The notes beneath the pieces are model-generated. The model worked only from the letters and a program-made list of their open reading frames with translations, was not told where the DNA came from and made no database searches. The translations under genes were made by a program, and so were the position numbers. Positions 38,677 to 53,039 of a stretch of 64,000 bases of DNA are shown here, in pieces. The DNA lies in NCBI RefSeq assembly GCF_020745735.1, contig NC_083420.1, positions 9,300,001 to 9,364,000 on the forward strand, read 5' to 3'. This stretch comes from Hemiscyllium ocellatum (taxonomy: Eukaryota). The stretch's first letter is position 1, and every line of letters begins with the position of its first letter.

Positions 38677-40630
38677 GCTCTGTCACAAAGCACAGTCAAA
38701 GCAAGCTAATGCTGTGGTGGTGTTGCAGCAAGATCAGAGGGAACAGCCGAGCTGCTGGGCTGAATGACCAACCTTGCAGTTGCTGTTGTTTACGGATTAA
38801 TTGCACCCTTTTACTCCTGGGGGCAAGGACACTGGTTAAAACCTGCTGCGTACCTTTGAGACTGACAAATGTGAAGGGCTTGCTTCAGTGGCAAGAGTGC
38901 CAGGATGGCTAGGTGGATAGCTTGGAGGGCTTCAAGTTGGTCTTGTGTCTGCTTAGATTCAGAGCATACTGAAAAGTATCTTCCACTGAATGCCTATGCA
39001 AGAACACTTTTAATATTGACATGGTAGGTGGTGGTCATTAGAGCAAACTTTTATGCAGTGCATTCCAGAAATTTAAGGCAGCTAGAGTGTTTAGGTTTGT
39101 TTTCATATTCTGTTCTATCCATTAACAAATAATCCTGTGTTCAGAAATGGGCTTAATTAAAGCTTTTGCAATTTCTTCCGACAACAACTTGGAATGTGTA
39201 CAGACGCAGCAGCATTATCTCAGACACAGGCAGGTGGTGGTGGGGATGGGCTTGTCTCTCTGACGCATGTTTTGTGGAGGTGGGGTGAATTCAAACAGAT
39301 GCAGGATAAGAGGATAGAAATTATTTAGCTCTATTTGACACAGCCAAACTCTTTTTGGAGTTTTCTGTTTTTAAAAGATGTTCAAGTTCCAGTTAGTGTA
39401 GAGTTCTTCAGAGCACTATGCATTGGATGAATTAAAAAGAAAAAAAAATTAAGTTAAATTGCTATTTATTGCCTGTAATGGCGAATTATTTTCAAGGAAG
39501 ATTTATACAGTGTAGTGTTCTGCTTCGCTGGTGCACTGTGAACAGGACCACAATTCCTGCGACACTGTTGTGACTTTACTGTGCTAATAGGAAAGATATA
39601 TATCTAGCACAAGAGAATGTGGAATATAAAAACAAATCAGAACTGTGATGAGTTAATAAGTGATTCAAGGGAAAAGATGAATATCAAAGAATTTGCTTTG
39701 GGTATCAATATTAACCATCTCAGTTGCAACTTGGTAGCAACTAGTACTGATCAACTTGGTGTGGTGTCCAGCAGTAAACAGAAAGAAAGCCATTAATCTC
39801 AGTCATGTACTCTTACAGCTCCTTGAGTTATTGTGAACCCAGGAACAAAGGTACACTCATGACCTTTGGGTTTGGCCCCTGACAAGTATCATTTAGCTGT
39901 TTGTAATGATAACGATATGCAGTATTGTAAAAGATACTGACAGTAAGAGTAATACAATTGCAGTGCCTTTCCTTGTAGTAGAGAAGATGGGAAGTACGTG
40001 CTGAGATTTCATGTATTCTTGATCCCTGTACGACACTAACCTTACTATTTATATTTTTTAAAAAAAAAGGAAAATAAACTACAGGATTTGGGAAGTGATT
40101 TTTTTTTAAAAAGGAGAATTCACCTATGGTTCATAATTTGGCACAATCTCGTTGATTAATGAGAACCATGGCGGCAGAGAAGCCAAAGATTTTTTCATGC
40201 AAGATGAAGTAAGCTTGTGGAACATGGTCACGGGCAGATGGTTTGAAAGATTTTTTTTGACGTTTTTCACAAGATTTTTAAGCAAAATGACATTTCATTT
40301 CTGGAGTGCTCCAGTCATATTTGATACTAGAGTGACTCACAGGCATAATAAATGTTCTACAGAAACTCAGGACTTGAAAATTGCTGGATCTGATTTTGTG
40401 TTAATGAAGTTTAGCTCTACTTGAAATTGTATAATCATTCTCAAACTCTGTAAATTGTGATGTGCTAGTAAGTTCAATTTGTTTTAATTAAAATAGACAT
40501 TATTTTGAATGATGGTGCTTCATTGTATATTGTTTTATTTGAGACTTGTGTATGTATTTGCTGCAGGACAAGGAGTTGGTTGTTTCTGTTGCACACAGAT
40601 GTCAATAAACTAGAAAATTTTGGACAAAAC
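38677..40630 (+). other. UBN1: Probable UBN1 3' UTR, with candidate poly(A) signals AATAAA at 40073-40078 and 40604-40609
   Basis: About 2 kb after the stop with no recognisable interspersed repeat. U-rich sequence follows 40609. The end point is inferred. Confidence 0.5.
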
Positions 40631-41034
40631 TGGAGTCGATGCTTTTATCATTTTTCTAGAGAATACTTCTCGTTTGCATTATTTAAAGTTTATTTGAACA
40701 GTCTTTAAGAGCTTTAATATGTTTGCACCAGTCATTCTTTTAGCAATGTGTTTATCATCTCTGGTGCTTTTCTTTTTTTTTATAAAAAAGTACCAATTTT
40801 GTTGTAACGTTTTGTCTGTTTTTGCCAGAGTTATTGGAAATAATCTGGATTATACAATCCAAACCTGATGATTGAGTGGTAAATGAATTTTGACAAATTA
40901 GTTAGTTAAAAATAATTACTAGATCATGCAGAACGCCTGGATTAACTTTGAACAGAGGAACAGGAGTAGGTCACTCAGCTCCTTGAGCTTGTAACCACCA
41001 TTCAGTGAGATCATTGGCTAGTCTGTGACCGACA

Positions 41035-41214
41035 GACTGATGGCCAAGTGGTATTATTGCTAGATTGTTAACATCAAAATCCAGATAATGTTCTGGGGAC
41101 CTGAGTATAAATCCAGCTATGGCAGATGGTGGAATTTGAATTCATTAAACACCTGGAATTAAGAACTGAACGATGACCATGAATCCATTGCTGATTTTTG
41201 GAAAAACCCATCTG
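41035..41214 (+). mobile_element. tRNA-derived SINE, 5' part; continues at 45621-45735
   Basis: The junction aaacccatctg|tcattaatgtcc is contiguous in the - strand copy at ~59850-60125. Confidence 0.7.
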
Positions 41215-44200
41215 AAGTCATAGAGATGTACAGTACGGAAACAGACCCTTCGGTCCAACCCGTCCATGCCAACCAGTTATCCCAACCCAACCTAGTCCCA
41301 GTTGCCAGCACCCGGTCAATATTTCTCCAAAGCCTTCCTATTCTTATACCCATCCAGATGCTTTTAAATGGTGCAATTGTACCAGCCTCCTCCACTTCCT
41401 CTGGCAGCTCAATCCAAACACGTACCACCCTCTGTATGAAAAAGTTTGCCCTTGGGTCTCTTTTATATCTTTCCCCTCTCACCCTAAACCTATGCCCTCT
41501 AGTTCTGGACTCCCCGACCCCGGGGAAAAGACTTTGTCTATTTATCCTATCCATGATCCTCATGATTTCAAACCTCTACAAGGTCACTCTTCAGCCTCCC
41601 GACACTCCAGGGAAAACAGCCCCAGCCTGTTCATCCCCTCCCTGTAGCTCAAATCCTCCAAACCTGGCAACATCCTTGTAAATATTTTCTGAATCCTTTC
41701 AAGTTTCACGACATCCTTCCGGTAGGAAGGAGACCAGAATTCCACATAATATGCCAATTGTGGCCTAACCGATATCCTGTACAACCGCAACATGACCTCC
41801 CAACTCCTGTACTCCATACTCTGACCAATAAAGGAAAGCATACCAAATGCCACCTTCACTATCCTATCTATCTGTGACTCCACTTTCAAGGAGCTATGAA
41901 CCTGCACTCCAAGGTCTCTTTGTTCAGCAACATTCCCTAGGACCTTACCGTTAGTGTATATGTGCTAAGATTTTCTTTCCCAAAATGCAGCACTTTGCAT
42001 TTATCTGAATTAAACTCCATCTGCCACTACTTAGCCCATTAGCCCTTCTGATCAAGATCCTGTTGTAATCTGAGGTAACCTTCGCTGTCCACTACACCTC
42101 CAATTTTTGTGTCATCTGTAAACTTATACCTCTTATGCTCACATCCAAATCATTCATATAAATGATGAAAAGTAGAGGACCCATCACCGATCCTTGTGGC
42201 ACTCCACTGGTCACAGGCCTCCAGTCTGAAAAACAACCCTCCCACCACCACCCTCTGTCTTTTACCTTTTGATCCACTTCTGTATCCCCATATTCCATGA
42301 GATCTAACCTTGCTCACCAGTCTCCCATGGGGAACCTTGCCGAATGCTTTACTGAAGTCCATATAGATCACATCCACCGCTCTGTCCTCATCAATCCTCT
42401 TTGTTACCACTTCAAAAAAATGCAATCAAGTTCATGAGACATTATTTCCCACGCACAAAGCCATGTTGACTATACCTAATTAGTCCTTTCCAAATACACG
42501 TACATCCTGTCCTTAGGGATTCCCTCCAACAACTTGCCCACCACCGAGGTCAGGCTCAGCAGTCTATAGTTCCCTGGCTTGTCCTTACCACCTTTCTTAA
42601 ACAGTGGCACCACGTTAGCCAATCTCCAGTCTTCCAGCACCTCATCTGTGATTATCGATTAAAGAAATATCTCAGTAAGAGGTCTTGCAGTCACTTCCCA
42701 CAGAGTTCTAGGGTACACCTAATCAGGTCCTGGGAATTTATTCACTTTTATGCGTTTCAAGACGTCAAGCACTTCCTCCTCTGTAATATGGACATTTTGC
42801 AAGGTGTCACCATCGTCTATTTCCCTACAGTCTATATCTTCCGTGTCCTTTTCCACAGTAAATACTGATGCAAAATACTCATTTAGTATCTCTCCCATTT
42901 TCTGTGGCTCCACACAAAGGCCGCCTTGCTGATCTTTGAGGGGCCCTATTCTCTCCATAGCTATCCTTACATCCTTAATGTATTTGTAAAAAACCTCTGG
43001 ATTCTCCTTAACTCTATTTGCCAAAGCTACCTCACGTCTACTTTTTGCCCTCCTGATTTCCCTCTTAAGTATACTCTTCTAAGGATTCACTCAATCTATC
43101 CTGTCTATACCTGACATATGCTTCCTCTTTTTTTTCTTAACCAAACCCTAAATTTCTTTAATCTTCCAGCATTCCCTACACCTACTAGCCTTTCCTTTCA
43201 CCTTAACAGAAATATACTTTCTCTGGATTCTTGTCTCATTTCTGAAGGCTTCCCATTTTCCAGCCGTCCCTTTAACTGTGAACATCTGCGCCCAATCAGC
43301 TTTTGAACGTTCTTGCCTAATACTGTCAAAATTGGCCTTTTTCCAATTTTGAACTTCAACTTTTAGATCTGGTCTATCCTTTTCCATCACTAAAACTAGT
43401 AGAATTATGGTCGCTGGCCACAAAGTGCTCCCCTACTGACACCTCAGTCACCTGCCCTGCCTTATTTCCCATGAGTAGGTCAAGGTTTACACCACCTCTC
43501 GTAGGTACAGCCACATACTGAATCAGAAAGTTTTCTTGTTCACACTTAACAAATTCCTCTCCATCTAAACCCTTAACACTATGGCAGTCCCAGTCTATGT
43601 TTGGAAGGTTAAAATCCCCTACCATAACCATCCTATTGTTCTTACAGATAACTGAGATCTTACAAATTTGTTTCTCAATTTTCTGCTGACTATTAGGGGG
43701 TCTATGGAACAATCCCAATAAAGTGATACTCGCTTTATTTCTCAGTTCTATCCAAATAACTTTCCTGGATATATTTCTGGGAATACTTCCCTCAGTACAG
43801 CTGTAATGCTATCCCTTATCAATAATGCCGCTCCCCCACCCCTCTTTCCTCCCATTCTATCCTTCCTGTATCCTGGAATATTAAGCTGCCAGTCCTGTCC
43901 ATCCCTGCTGTGATATCAGTCCTGTGTTCCTAACCATGCCCTGTGTTCGTCTGCTTTCCCTGTTAGGTCCCTTGCATCGGAATAAATGCAGTTTAATTTA
44001 TCAGTGCTGTTTTGTTCACTGTTTTGTCCCTGCTTGCCCTGACTGTTTGACTCATTTCTGTTCTCAACTGTACCAGTCTCAGATCGATCTCTTTCCTCAC
44101 TATCTCCATAGGTCCCACCCCCCACCTTACTAGTTTAAATCTTCCTCAGCAGCTCTGACAAATTTCCCTGCCTTCCAATTTAGGTGCAATCTGTCCTTGG

Positions 44201-45620
44201 GCAGTTCAGTTCTGCCCCCAGAAGAGGTTCCAATGATCCAAAAATGTGAATCCTTCTCCCACACACCAGCTCCTCAGCCATGCTTTCATCGGCTCTATCC
44301 TCCTATTCCTGCCCTCACTAGCTCATAGCACCGGGAGTAATCCAGATATTACTACTGTTGGGGACCTCTTTTTTTTTCTAAATTCCTGCCTAACTCTGAT
44401 CTCCCTTCAGAATCTCAACCTTTTCCCTTCCTATGTAATTGGTTCCAATGTGTACAATAACCTTCTGTTGGCCCTTCTTCCCCTTAAGAACATTCTGCAC
44501 CCTCTCTGAGGTATCTTTGATCCTGGCACCAGGCAAGCAACACACCATTCTGATTTTTTGCTGCTAGCCACAGAAATGTCTGTCTGTACCTCGGACTAGA
44601 GAGTCCCTTAACACAATTGATCTCTTGGGACACAATGTACCCCTCATTGCTTTAGAGCCAGAGTCAATACCAGAAACTTGGCTGTTCATGCTGAGAATGC
44701 ATCACCCCCTACATTTTTCCAATACAGCATACTTGTTTGAAATGGGGTTAGCCACGGAAGACTCCTGCACTAACTACTGACCTCTCTTACCTTTCCTGGA
44801 GTTAACCCATCTATGTGACTGAATCTGCGACTTTCCCCCTTCCTATAACTGCCATCCATCACATCGCCTGCTCTTGTAAATTCTTCATTTCCTCTAACTG
44901 TGTCTCCAACCGATCCACTTGATCTGATAGGATTCGCAACCATTGGCATTTATTGCAGATATAACCCTCAGTAACCTGTAAACTCTCCTAAACTCCCACA
45001 TCTGACAAGAAGAGCATATCACTCTACTGAAGGCCATTTTTGCTTCTTTCAATCTACAGACCCAGAAAACAGCACCGTCCTATTCCTTTACAAAACACTG
45101 CTCCAGGTTAAATTAATACTTCTGGCTTATATTTTAAGTTTAATCAAGGCACTTATGTCAATAAAACATACAATCAAAAAAGAACCCACTCTACTCACTA
45201 CTGCAGACTTACTGTAAGGCCACATTTAAATATCCAATCATCCATTTCTGTGCTGTGACCTTTCCCAAACAGGTTCCTCCAAGATTAGTTGTGAATTTCA
45301 CAGTTTGTTAATTTTTGCAGATGCACTCCGATGTCTAGCGACACATAAATTCAACAGCAAAGGCAGTAACTGCACAGGTACACTCTGTGTCAGTTTCTCT
45401 CTCTCTCTCTCTCCTACACTGACCTCACGATGTGCTTCCTTTGTCTGTTTGTCTCTCTTTTAAAACTACTGCTGTTTTGACTTTTTTTTTCCCAAGGTCC
45501 AAAACAATGCAACAGCATAAAAATCAGTAATTGCTGCTCCTGGAATTGGAGGAAATCACCTCCAACACCTAAAATACCACACACACACAAAAAAAAAGGA
45601 GCAGCTGTTACAGCCAGAAA
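41215..45620 (-). mobile_element. Near-full-length, inactivated CR1 LINE (5' UTR, ORF1, ORF2 endonuclease + RT)
   Basis: ORF1 ATG at 45037 (MAFSRVICSSCQMWE..CNKC) with an esterase-like segment at ~44500-44625. Endonuclease motifs VGDFNLPNIDW and SDHN. RT motifs YMDFSKAF and [20 protein letters not shown]. Multiple frameshifts. Confidence 0.92.
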
Positions 45621-47731
45621 TCATTAATGTCCTTTATTGAAGGAAACTGCCATCTTTATCTGATCTGGCCTCCATGTGACTCCAGACCCACAGCACTGGT
45701 CTAAACTGCCCTCTGGGCAAATAGGGATGGGCCTAATAACAAATGTGGCAATAAATACCTCGCTATTTACCCTCTCTTACCCCAACCTTTCATGCCTTTG
45801 GGTAACAAAAATCTATCCATTTTAGGTTATGGATTAACAACTGATGTATCAATTGTCCTTTGCAGAGAAGGTCCAAATTTTCAATTGTTGAAGTCTTTGC
45901 AGATAAATTAATTTCTTAGTTTTGCATTAGAATCATCTGGTGTTGGTTTTAAGACTGTCCCCAGTCTAGATTCTGCAATCAGTAGGAAAGCTCATTTGTT
46001 TTGTTCCCCTTAATATCTTGAAAGCTTTGAATTAATCACCTTTTAATCTTCTGAATTCCAAGCCATACAGCCCGATTAGTATAATTGTTCTTTGCAACTT
46101 TAACCCCTGGACCTCAGAATCTTTTAGGCAAATCTACAGTGCACTCCCTCTATAGCAAGTTTATCCTTACATAGATGTGATGCCCCAGAGCTGATCACGG
46201 TAATCTGAATATGGTATAAACCTCTGAGGTGAACAGTTCAGTATATTTTAAAAAAGACAAGTGTGCTGTTGCTTAGCAGCAGGGATCCAGTGAACAAATC
46301 AAAAAGTCAGCCTGTTTTTATTGATGTGTGAAAGGCCGCAAGACACTGGGTTTAGCGAACTCCGACAGTTACTCTGAAGATCAAGCAACAGTTTAGTTTG
46401 CACTTTGCTCGGAATGTGATAATATGAAGGGATAAAGCATTGATTTGCATAGAAATTCGCCCAAAATGTGAGGAGTTGCAAAGTTTGAAGCTTAAATTTA
46501 GTGGAGACTGCTTTGAATTATCCAAATATAAATAATTTCTAACAAACTTGAACAAATAACAGGTTAAAAGTAAAGGTTAAGGGGTTTTGTGGTACAGTGG
46601 AAAGCTTCCATACCTCTGGGCCGGAAACTTCATGTTCAAGCCTCACCTGCTGTAAAATCATGCCTCAGGTTGGTGAAAAATAAAGTTCATGAAGATTCCC
46701 AAGCCACTGGCACCCGTTGCTCCACATTATTTAGGAAAGGTAAGGATCTGTTCTTACGTTTTATGCACGCTAGGGATATACATGGGGATATGGCTGTTCT
46801 GACAGCATGATTTGGAGATGCTGGTGTTGGACCGGGGTGGACACCTTAAAAATATGCCCCCTTGTTTGGAGCTCCCACATCCTAGGGAAACAAACCTTGC
46901 CAATGACCTTAACTATGCCCTCGTGATTTTATAAACCTCTATTTTAAACACTTGAAGTGAGCAGTTCAGTGCATTAAAAATGGTGGAGAAATATCTGTAC
47001 TTTGTTTTTAGCAACTTAATCGAATGACATATACAGAAGGTGAACAAAGTTAGAAGTCACATGACACCAGCTTATGGTCCAGCAGGGCTATATTATTTGA
47101 AATCACAAACTTTCAGAGTACTGCTCCTTCGTCAGGTCTTGCCTCCTATTTAACACCTGTTAGACTATAATCTGATGTTGTGTGACTTCTGTCTTTGCCT
47201 ATTTTGAGATAAACTGTGGCCTGGAAACCCTAAATCTTTAAGACATTAGTTTTAGCTGATACAACCCGAGTCTGGCGGAGAAATCATAGTGTTGAGATAA
47301 TGGTGACTCTTTGCTGGGGTTTGGAAGGATCTTGCTGAAGGAAAGGGGTAATGTGAGCTCAACTCCTTTTCTGAGCTCTATAAGGACATTTTTCTAACCT
47401 TTCATCTGGTGTAATCCAATAGTTCATTCTTTTTTGTGTTTAATATAAAGCTTTACTCTTTGTGTTAAATGTACACTGGCAGCTTCTTGTGAACACATTC
47501 AGTAACTGATATCCATGGTTTTAAAAAATGGATCTAACAAACCAGGTTTGTCTCTGGGGCCTGAAGGCTCCTATGATATTAAAAAATCCTTGAATTCAAG
47601 AGGGATCTGTGAGTGCTTAAAGAAGTTGGTGCACAGAGTATTCAACATGGGGTATTGTGGAAGTACATTGCATCCATTAGAATGTTAAAATGGCTTTAAT
47701 TCTACCAAGACTTTCGGGAGGTGGAAGATGG

Positions 47732-48052
47732 ATTAGATTTTTTTTTTAGATTAGATTAGATTAGACTTACAGTGTGGAAACAGGCCCTTCGGCCCAACGA
47801 GTCCACACCGACCCGCCGAAGCGCAACCCACCCATACATTTACCCCTTACCTAACACTACGGGCAATTTAGCATGGCCAATTCACCTGACCCGCACATCT
47901 TTGGACTGTGGGAGGAAACCGGAGCACCCGGAGGAAACCCACGCAGACACGGGGAGAACGTGCAAACTCCACACAGTCAGTCGCCTGAGTCGGGAATTGA
48001 ACCCGGGTCTACAGGCGCTGTGAGGCAGCAGTGCTAACCACCGTGCCGCCCA
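47732..48052 (-). mobile_element. Full-length, young-looking HE1-like V-SINE with (TCTAA)n tail
   Basis: tRNA-like head ggcggcacggtggttagcactgctgcc, V-domain, retained CpGs, tandem ttaga tail. Confidence 0.9.
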
Positions 48053-48224
48053 CATGGAATTGTAGATTATTTGACATCTTTAAAACTAAACTGAGGAAGC
48101 AGGTATTTTGGGAGCTAGCAATAAAAGGATTTTCCAAGGATGATAATGATTGAGATGATTACCCAGCATTTTGACTTGAAAGGACTTAAATCAGCAATAG
48201 ATGTTACAGCCAGAAATAGGCTAC

Positions 48225-48580
48225 AAATGTGTCATACAGCATTTAAACCCTTAGGTCCAACTAGTCCACACCAACCTTCCTCCCAAATGAAACTAGTCCC
48301 ACTTCTCTATGTTTATTCTATATCCCTCCAAACCTTTCTTATTCATGCATTTATCCAAATGTCTTAAACATTGTAATTGTACCTGCACCTGCCACATCCT
48401 CTGGCAGTTCATTCCACATCAGAACTTCTCTATTAAAAGAAAATATTGTCCCACATGTCCTTTTCAGAACTTTCTCCTCTCACCTTAAAACTATGCCCCC
48501 TTGTTTGAGCTCCCATGTCCTAGGGAAACAAACCTTGCAAATAACTTTAACTGTGCCCCTCATGATTTTATAAACCGCTA
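48225..48580 (-). mobile_element. CR1 3' end
   Basis: Similar to 41216-41580. Confidence 0.7.
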
Positions 48581-48855
48581 TTTTAAACACTTGCAGTGAG
48601 CAGTTCAGTGCGTTAAAAAGGGTGAAGAAATATCTGTACTTGTTTTTAGCAACATAATCCAATGACATCCGGAGAAGGCCAGAGTAATCCAGAAGGTCTG
48701 CAGTCAGTATACCTGAAAGTGAAGGATCCCTGGACAATGGGGTGAGGGAACTCGGATGGTTGCTCTGAAACTAAAATAATAGTGAACTTCATTTGCATCT
48801 GGTTTTAGGTGTCTCAGGGAGCAAATCAAATGAAAGTGAAAAGGCATTTAGAGAC

Positions 48856-48980
48856 AGGAGCACCTGGAGGAAACCCTCACAGACACGGGGAAAATGTGCA
48901 AACTCCACACAGACAGTCACCTGAGGCTGGAGTTGAACCTGGGAGCCTGGTGCTGTGAGGCAGCTGTGCTAACCACTGAA
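48856..48980 (-). mobile_element. HE1-like SINE 5' fragment
   Basis: Similar to 47920-48040. Confidence 0.8.
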
Positions 48981-50579
48981 AAACCATGCTGCTGATGGAA
49001 AGGAAACCACTTGCAGCTGTACAAGCCTGAGGCTGAGTAAGTCTTATTTTATCAACTTTGATTTGGAGCTGTGGATTGGGAACTGTGAGCTAAATGAGAC
49101 TTTTGTACTGTTGTGGGTAACAGCTTGTGTTAAAAGGAAAACATACCAAACAGAGCTTCTATTTGTGAGGCTGGGGCTGGAAGTTAATGGCAAGTTGGTT
49201 TCTGAGCAATGGTTCTGCAGCTGCTTCATCATTGGGAAAGAGCATTGTGTTTAAACAGAGTGCAGAGGTTTGTTTTTAACAAAGTCAGTACCTGGGAATT
49301 GGTTCCAGCAAGTTTAGAAAAAGACTTAATGCTTAGACAGATGGCAGACATTGAATGGTCACTAGTATCTCATGGAGGAGGTGTTCAGTCTGGGAGGAGT
49401 CAGAGTTTGAGTTGGGTTTTGGATTGCTATTTCTGTGGAAAGGAATCTGGATGTTGGTACTACATGTCGAAGATTTGAAAGCTCCCTGCCTAACCTCCCA
49501 TGAGCAGCTCTTGGAAGCTCAGAGAAAAGAAAACTAAGTTATAAGTGTCACTGCCTTTTCTTCAGTGAAGTGTGAAGGTGACTCTGGTCAACATCTTAAG
49601 AACCTCAAAAAAAAAAGTTATTAATGTCTGTGGAGCAACACTTGTGAAAACCACTTAAGTAATCTGGCCAATTTTATTGTTTTATTTATCCCTCATCTAC
49701 GTTTGTATGTTTCTCTTTTTTTTAAAATTATGTGAATGAGACTGAAAACAAGGGTTTTTGGGTTTCAAGTATCAACCATTTGGATTATTTTGTTTATTTT
49801 TTCTACTTGTGTTGTTGTATATTTAATAATTAGGTTTCATGTTACAAGATACAAACCAGTCTCTGAAACTGATCATTTACAAAGTTTGAGATTGGTTACT
49901 CAAAAGCCTGGTAAGGAACCATTGGGGTTGATTTTGAGGGCCTTTGAATGTTTTAAATTTACTGTGTTGCGAATACAGAGAGAGGCTGATTTGGTTCAGC
50001 TGTCTGCCTCTGTGTCATAGATCTGATTGTTTGGCGAGCAAACTCTTGATTGGTAGAAGTGGTGCCACAGAGAACACACTAGTTAATGATTGTTGACAGT
50101 TCACTGCTGTTCTTCATTTTAAATTTATTCCAAGCAGTGTGACTCTGGTAAAGACAGTGTCCTGAGAAATGGACCAGTAAACGCCTGACACTTATTTTGT
50201 CAGCTTGAAGCAGTTGTTGCGTTCTTGTTTTTTTCAATCTGCAGGTTCATTTGATCAAGTAGTCCTGATTTCAACATTCTCATCTTTGCTATAAAATCCA
50301 TCCATGGTCCTTCCCATCAGCTGCACAACCCTCGAGATAACTTGCTCTTCAAATCTGGTTTCTTTTACATCCTCTGGTTCAGTTTGGCTCCATGATCTTC
50401 CTCCACCTCTCTGCCTGTCTTCTCCTCTAGGGCTAACCTCAAAACCTACCGCTGAACAACTGTATGTTCATCCAACCTAACATCTCCCTGTTTGGCTTAG
50501 TGTCACACTTTGTTTCGTAATGCAAGCTCCCCCAAGGAGTCTTGAGATATTAAGAATAAAATTGTGCTTTTTGTTTTGA

Positions 50580-50877
50580 TTAGAGATTCCCTACAGTGTG
50601 GAACAGGCCCTAAGGCCCAACCAGTCCACACCGACCCTCCGAAGAGTAATCCACCCAGAACCATTTCCTTCTGACTAATGCCCCTAACACAATGGGCAAT
50701 ATAGCACGACCAATTCACCTGGCCTGCACAGCTTTGGACTGTGGGAGGGAACTGGAGCACCCGAAGGAAACCCACACAGACACGGGGAGAATGTGCAAAC
50801 TCCACACAGTCACCCAAGGCTGGAATCGAACCTGGGACCCTGGTGCTGTGAGGCAGCAGTGCTAGCCACTGTGCTGC
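50580..50877 (-). mobile_element. HE1-like V-SINE
   Basis: Similar to 47732-48052 over its full length. Confidence 0.88.
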
Positions 50878-51261
50878 TAAATGATGGTGGAAAAATGACC
50901 ACCAATGAGAAAGACAGGCTGAATAGCTAAATACAGCTCAATACAGCCACAATAAGCAGCTCAAAAATATATTGTTATGGTTCATGCAAAATCAGCTTCT
51001 AGTTGCACTGAGTTTACAGTTTGGTTATTCTTAGTCCTTAATTTATCCATGGTCCTAACTCCATGATCAAAGTTTGATTTTTTTTCAGTTTAATCTTCAT
51101 TTTCTTAATTTCTATTCACACTTTTGCTGCCTCAGTGATGCATTTTGTTTGATGGTGAGAAGATGAAGCCCTTGTATAACTCACCCGTATTGTTTTTCTC
51201 CACGATCATTGATTTCTTAATTAGTCTAGTGGCGAGTTTTGAGAAGATTTGGTGAGGTTTA

Positions 51262-52220
51262 ATTAGAACAAAGAAGATTTACAGCCCAGAAACCAGCCCT
51301 TCAGCCCTGCAAGCCTGAGCCGATCCAAATCCAATGTCTAAACCTATCGCCCAATTTCTAAGCATCTGTATCCCTCTGCTCCCTACCTACTCATGCATCT
51401 GTCCAGACACACCTTAAATGAATCTACCGTGCCTGCCTCTACTACCTTTGCTGGCAACGCATTCCAGCACCCACCGTGTAAAGTACTTTCCGCATGTAGC
51501 CCCCTTAAACCTTTCACCTCTCACCTCGAACGCATGACCTCTCATTATTGAATCCCTCACTCTGGGGAAAAACGTTTATCTCTATCCACCATATCCACAC
51601 CCTTTATGATTTTGTAGACCTCAATCAGGTTCCCCCCTCAATCTCTTTTTCTAATGAAAACAATTCTAACCTACTCACCCTCTCTTCATAGCTAGCACCT
51701 TCCATACCAGGCAACCTCCTCGTAAACCTTCTCTGCATCCTCTCCAAAGCGTCCAATCCTTTTGGTAATGTGGCGACCAGAACTGTACGCAGTAATCTAA
51801 ATGCAACTAAACCAATGTCTTGTACAATTTTAACATGACATGCCAGCTCTTATACTCAATGCCCTGTCCAATGAAGGCTAGTATACTACATGCCTTCTTG
51901 ACCACTCTATCCACCTGTGCAGCAACCTGCAGGATACAATGGACCTGAACTCCCAGATCTCTCTGCTCATCAACTTTTCCCAAGGCTCATCCTTTTACAG
52001 TATAGTCCGCTCTAGAATTAGACTTCCCAAAATGCATCACCTCACATTTGCCAAGATTGAACTCCATCTGCCACTTCTCCACCCAACTCTCTAGTCTATC
52101 TGGATTCTCCTGTATTCTTTGACAGTCCCCTATGCTTTCTGCTACTCCACCAATCTTCATCTCATCTGCAAACTTACTGCTCAAACCACCAATGCTCTCT
52201 TCCAGATCATTTATGAATAT
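51262..52220 (-). mobile_element. CR1 LINE 3' fragment
   Basis: ORF 51987-52232 FINDLEE..SKFADEMKIGG..WQMEFN..KCEVMHFG. Confidence 0.88.
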
Positions 52221-53039
52221 TACATAATACATAAATACAATATCAGTCTATGTTTGCAGATTGTCCTGTCACAGCCTGCTCTATCAGTCATTACTAATGG
52301 ACAATTGCTGCCCCATTTGACTGTTTGAAAAATGTTTTCTTGCAAAATCACAAGAACAGTCTGTTCAACCCTGCTCTCTCCTTTCAGTCATTCCAACAAG
52401 CCTCAAATCCACAAGTTCTCATTGGTGCTACTAATTCTTGAGAGGTGTTTATTAAAGGCCTGCTGAAAATCCAAGTCAATTACACCCTACAGTTTTCCCA
52501 TCTAGTTTGCCAGTCACACAATCAGAAAATTCTTAATATATTTGCTAAAACACACATTTTCCTTTTCTAAGTTGTCCTGACTCTGCTGAATCATAATGTG
52601 GTAGTCAAAATGTCTTTTACCTTTCTGTTAATCTTAGATTCTCGTGTTTTCCTTCCAAATGATGTCAGGCTCATGGCTTTGCTCTATGTTCTCATTCCTT
52701 TCTTTATTAAATAGTGGGGTGGGGGTTAAATTTGCCTCATTCCAATCCATGAGGACAGTTCTAGAATTTAAGACATTAATGGAGATCAAAACCAACTTAT
52801 CCATTATTTCCACAGACTCTTTTTCTAAGTCCCTCTTCTAAATCCTAGAAGTTGGGCTTCAGCTAAAATTAAATACAAGGAAAACACTGCAGATGCTGGA
52901 AATCCGAAATAAAAACAAAGTTCCTCAGTCGATCTGGCAGCATCCGTGGGGGGGAGGAGAGAGGAGAGAGAGAGAGACACATACACACAGACAGAGTTAA
53001 TGTTTCAAGTCCAACAAGACTTTTGCTTTCAGAACAAGT

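Noticed and set aside
40592-40608. Similarity of cacacagatgtcaataa to UBN1 exon sequence at 581-598
   Set aside because: Short, AT-rich, contains an indel and does not extend; consistent with chance.
47990-48052. tRNA-like sequences at SINE heads (also ~8620-8680, 36685-36750, 41035-41120, 50820-50877)
   Set aside because: These are SINE 5' regions attached to SINE bodies, not complete tRNA genes.
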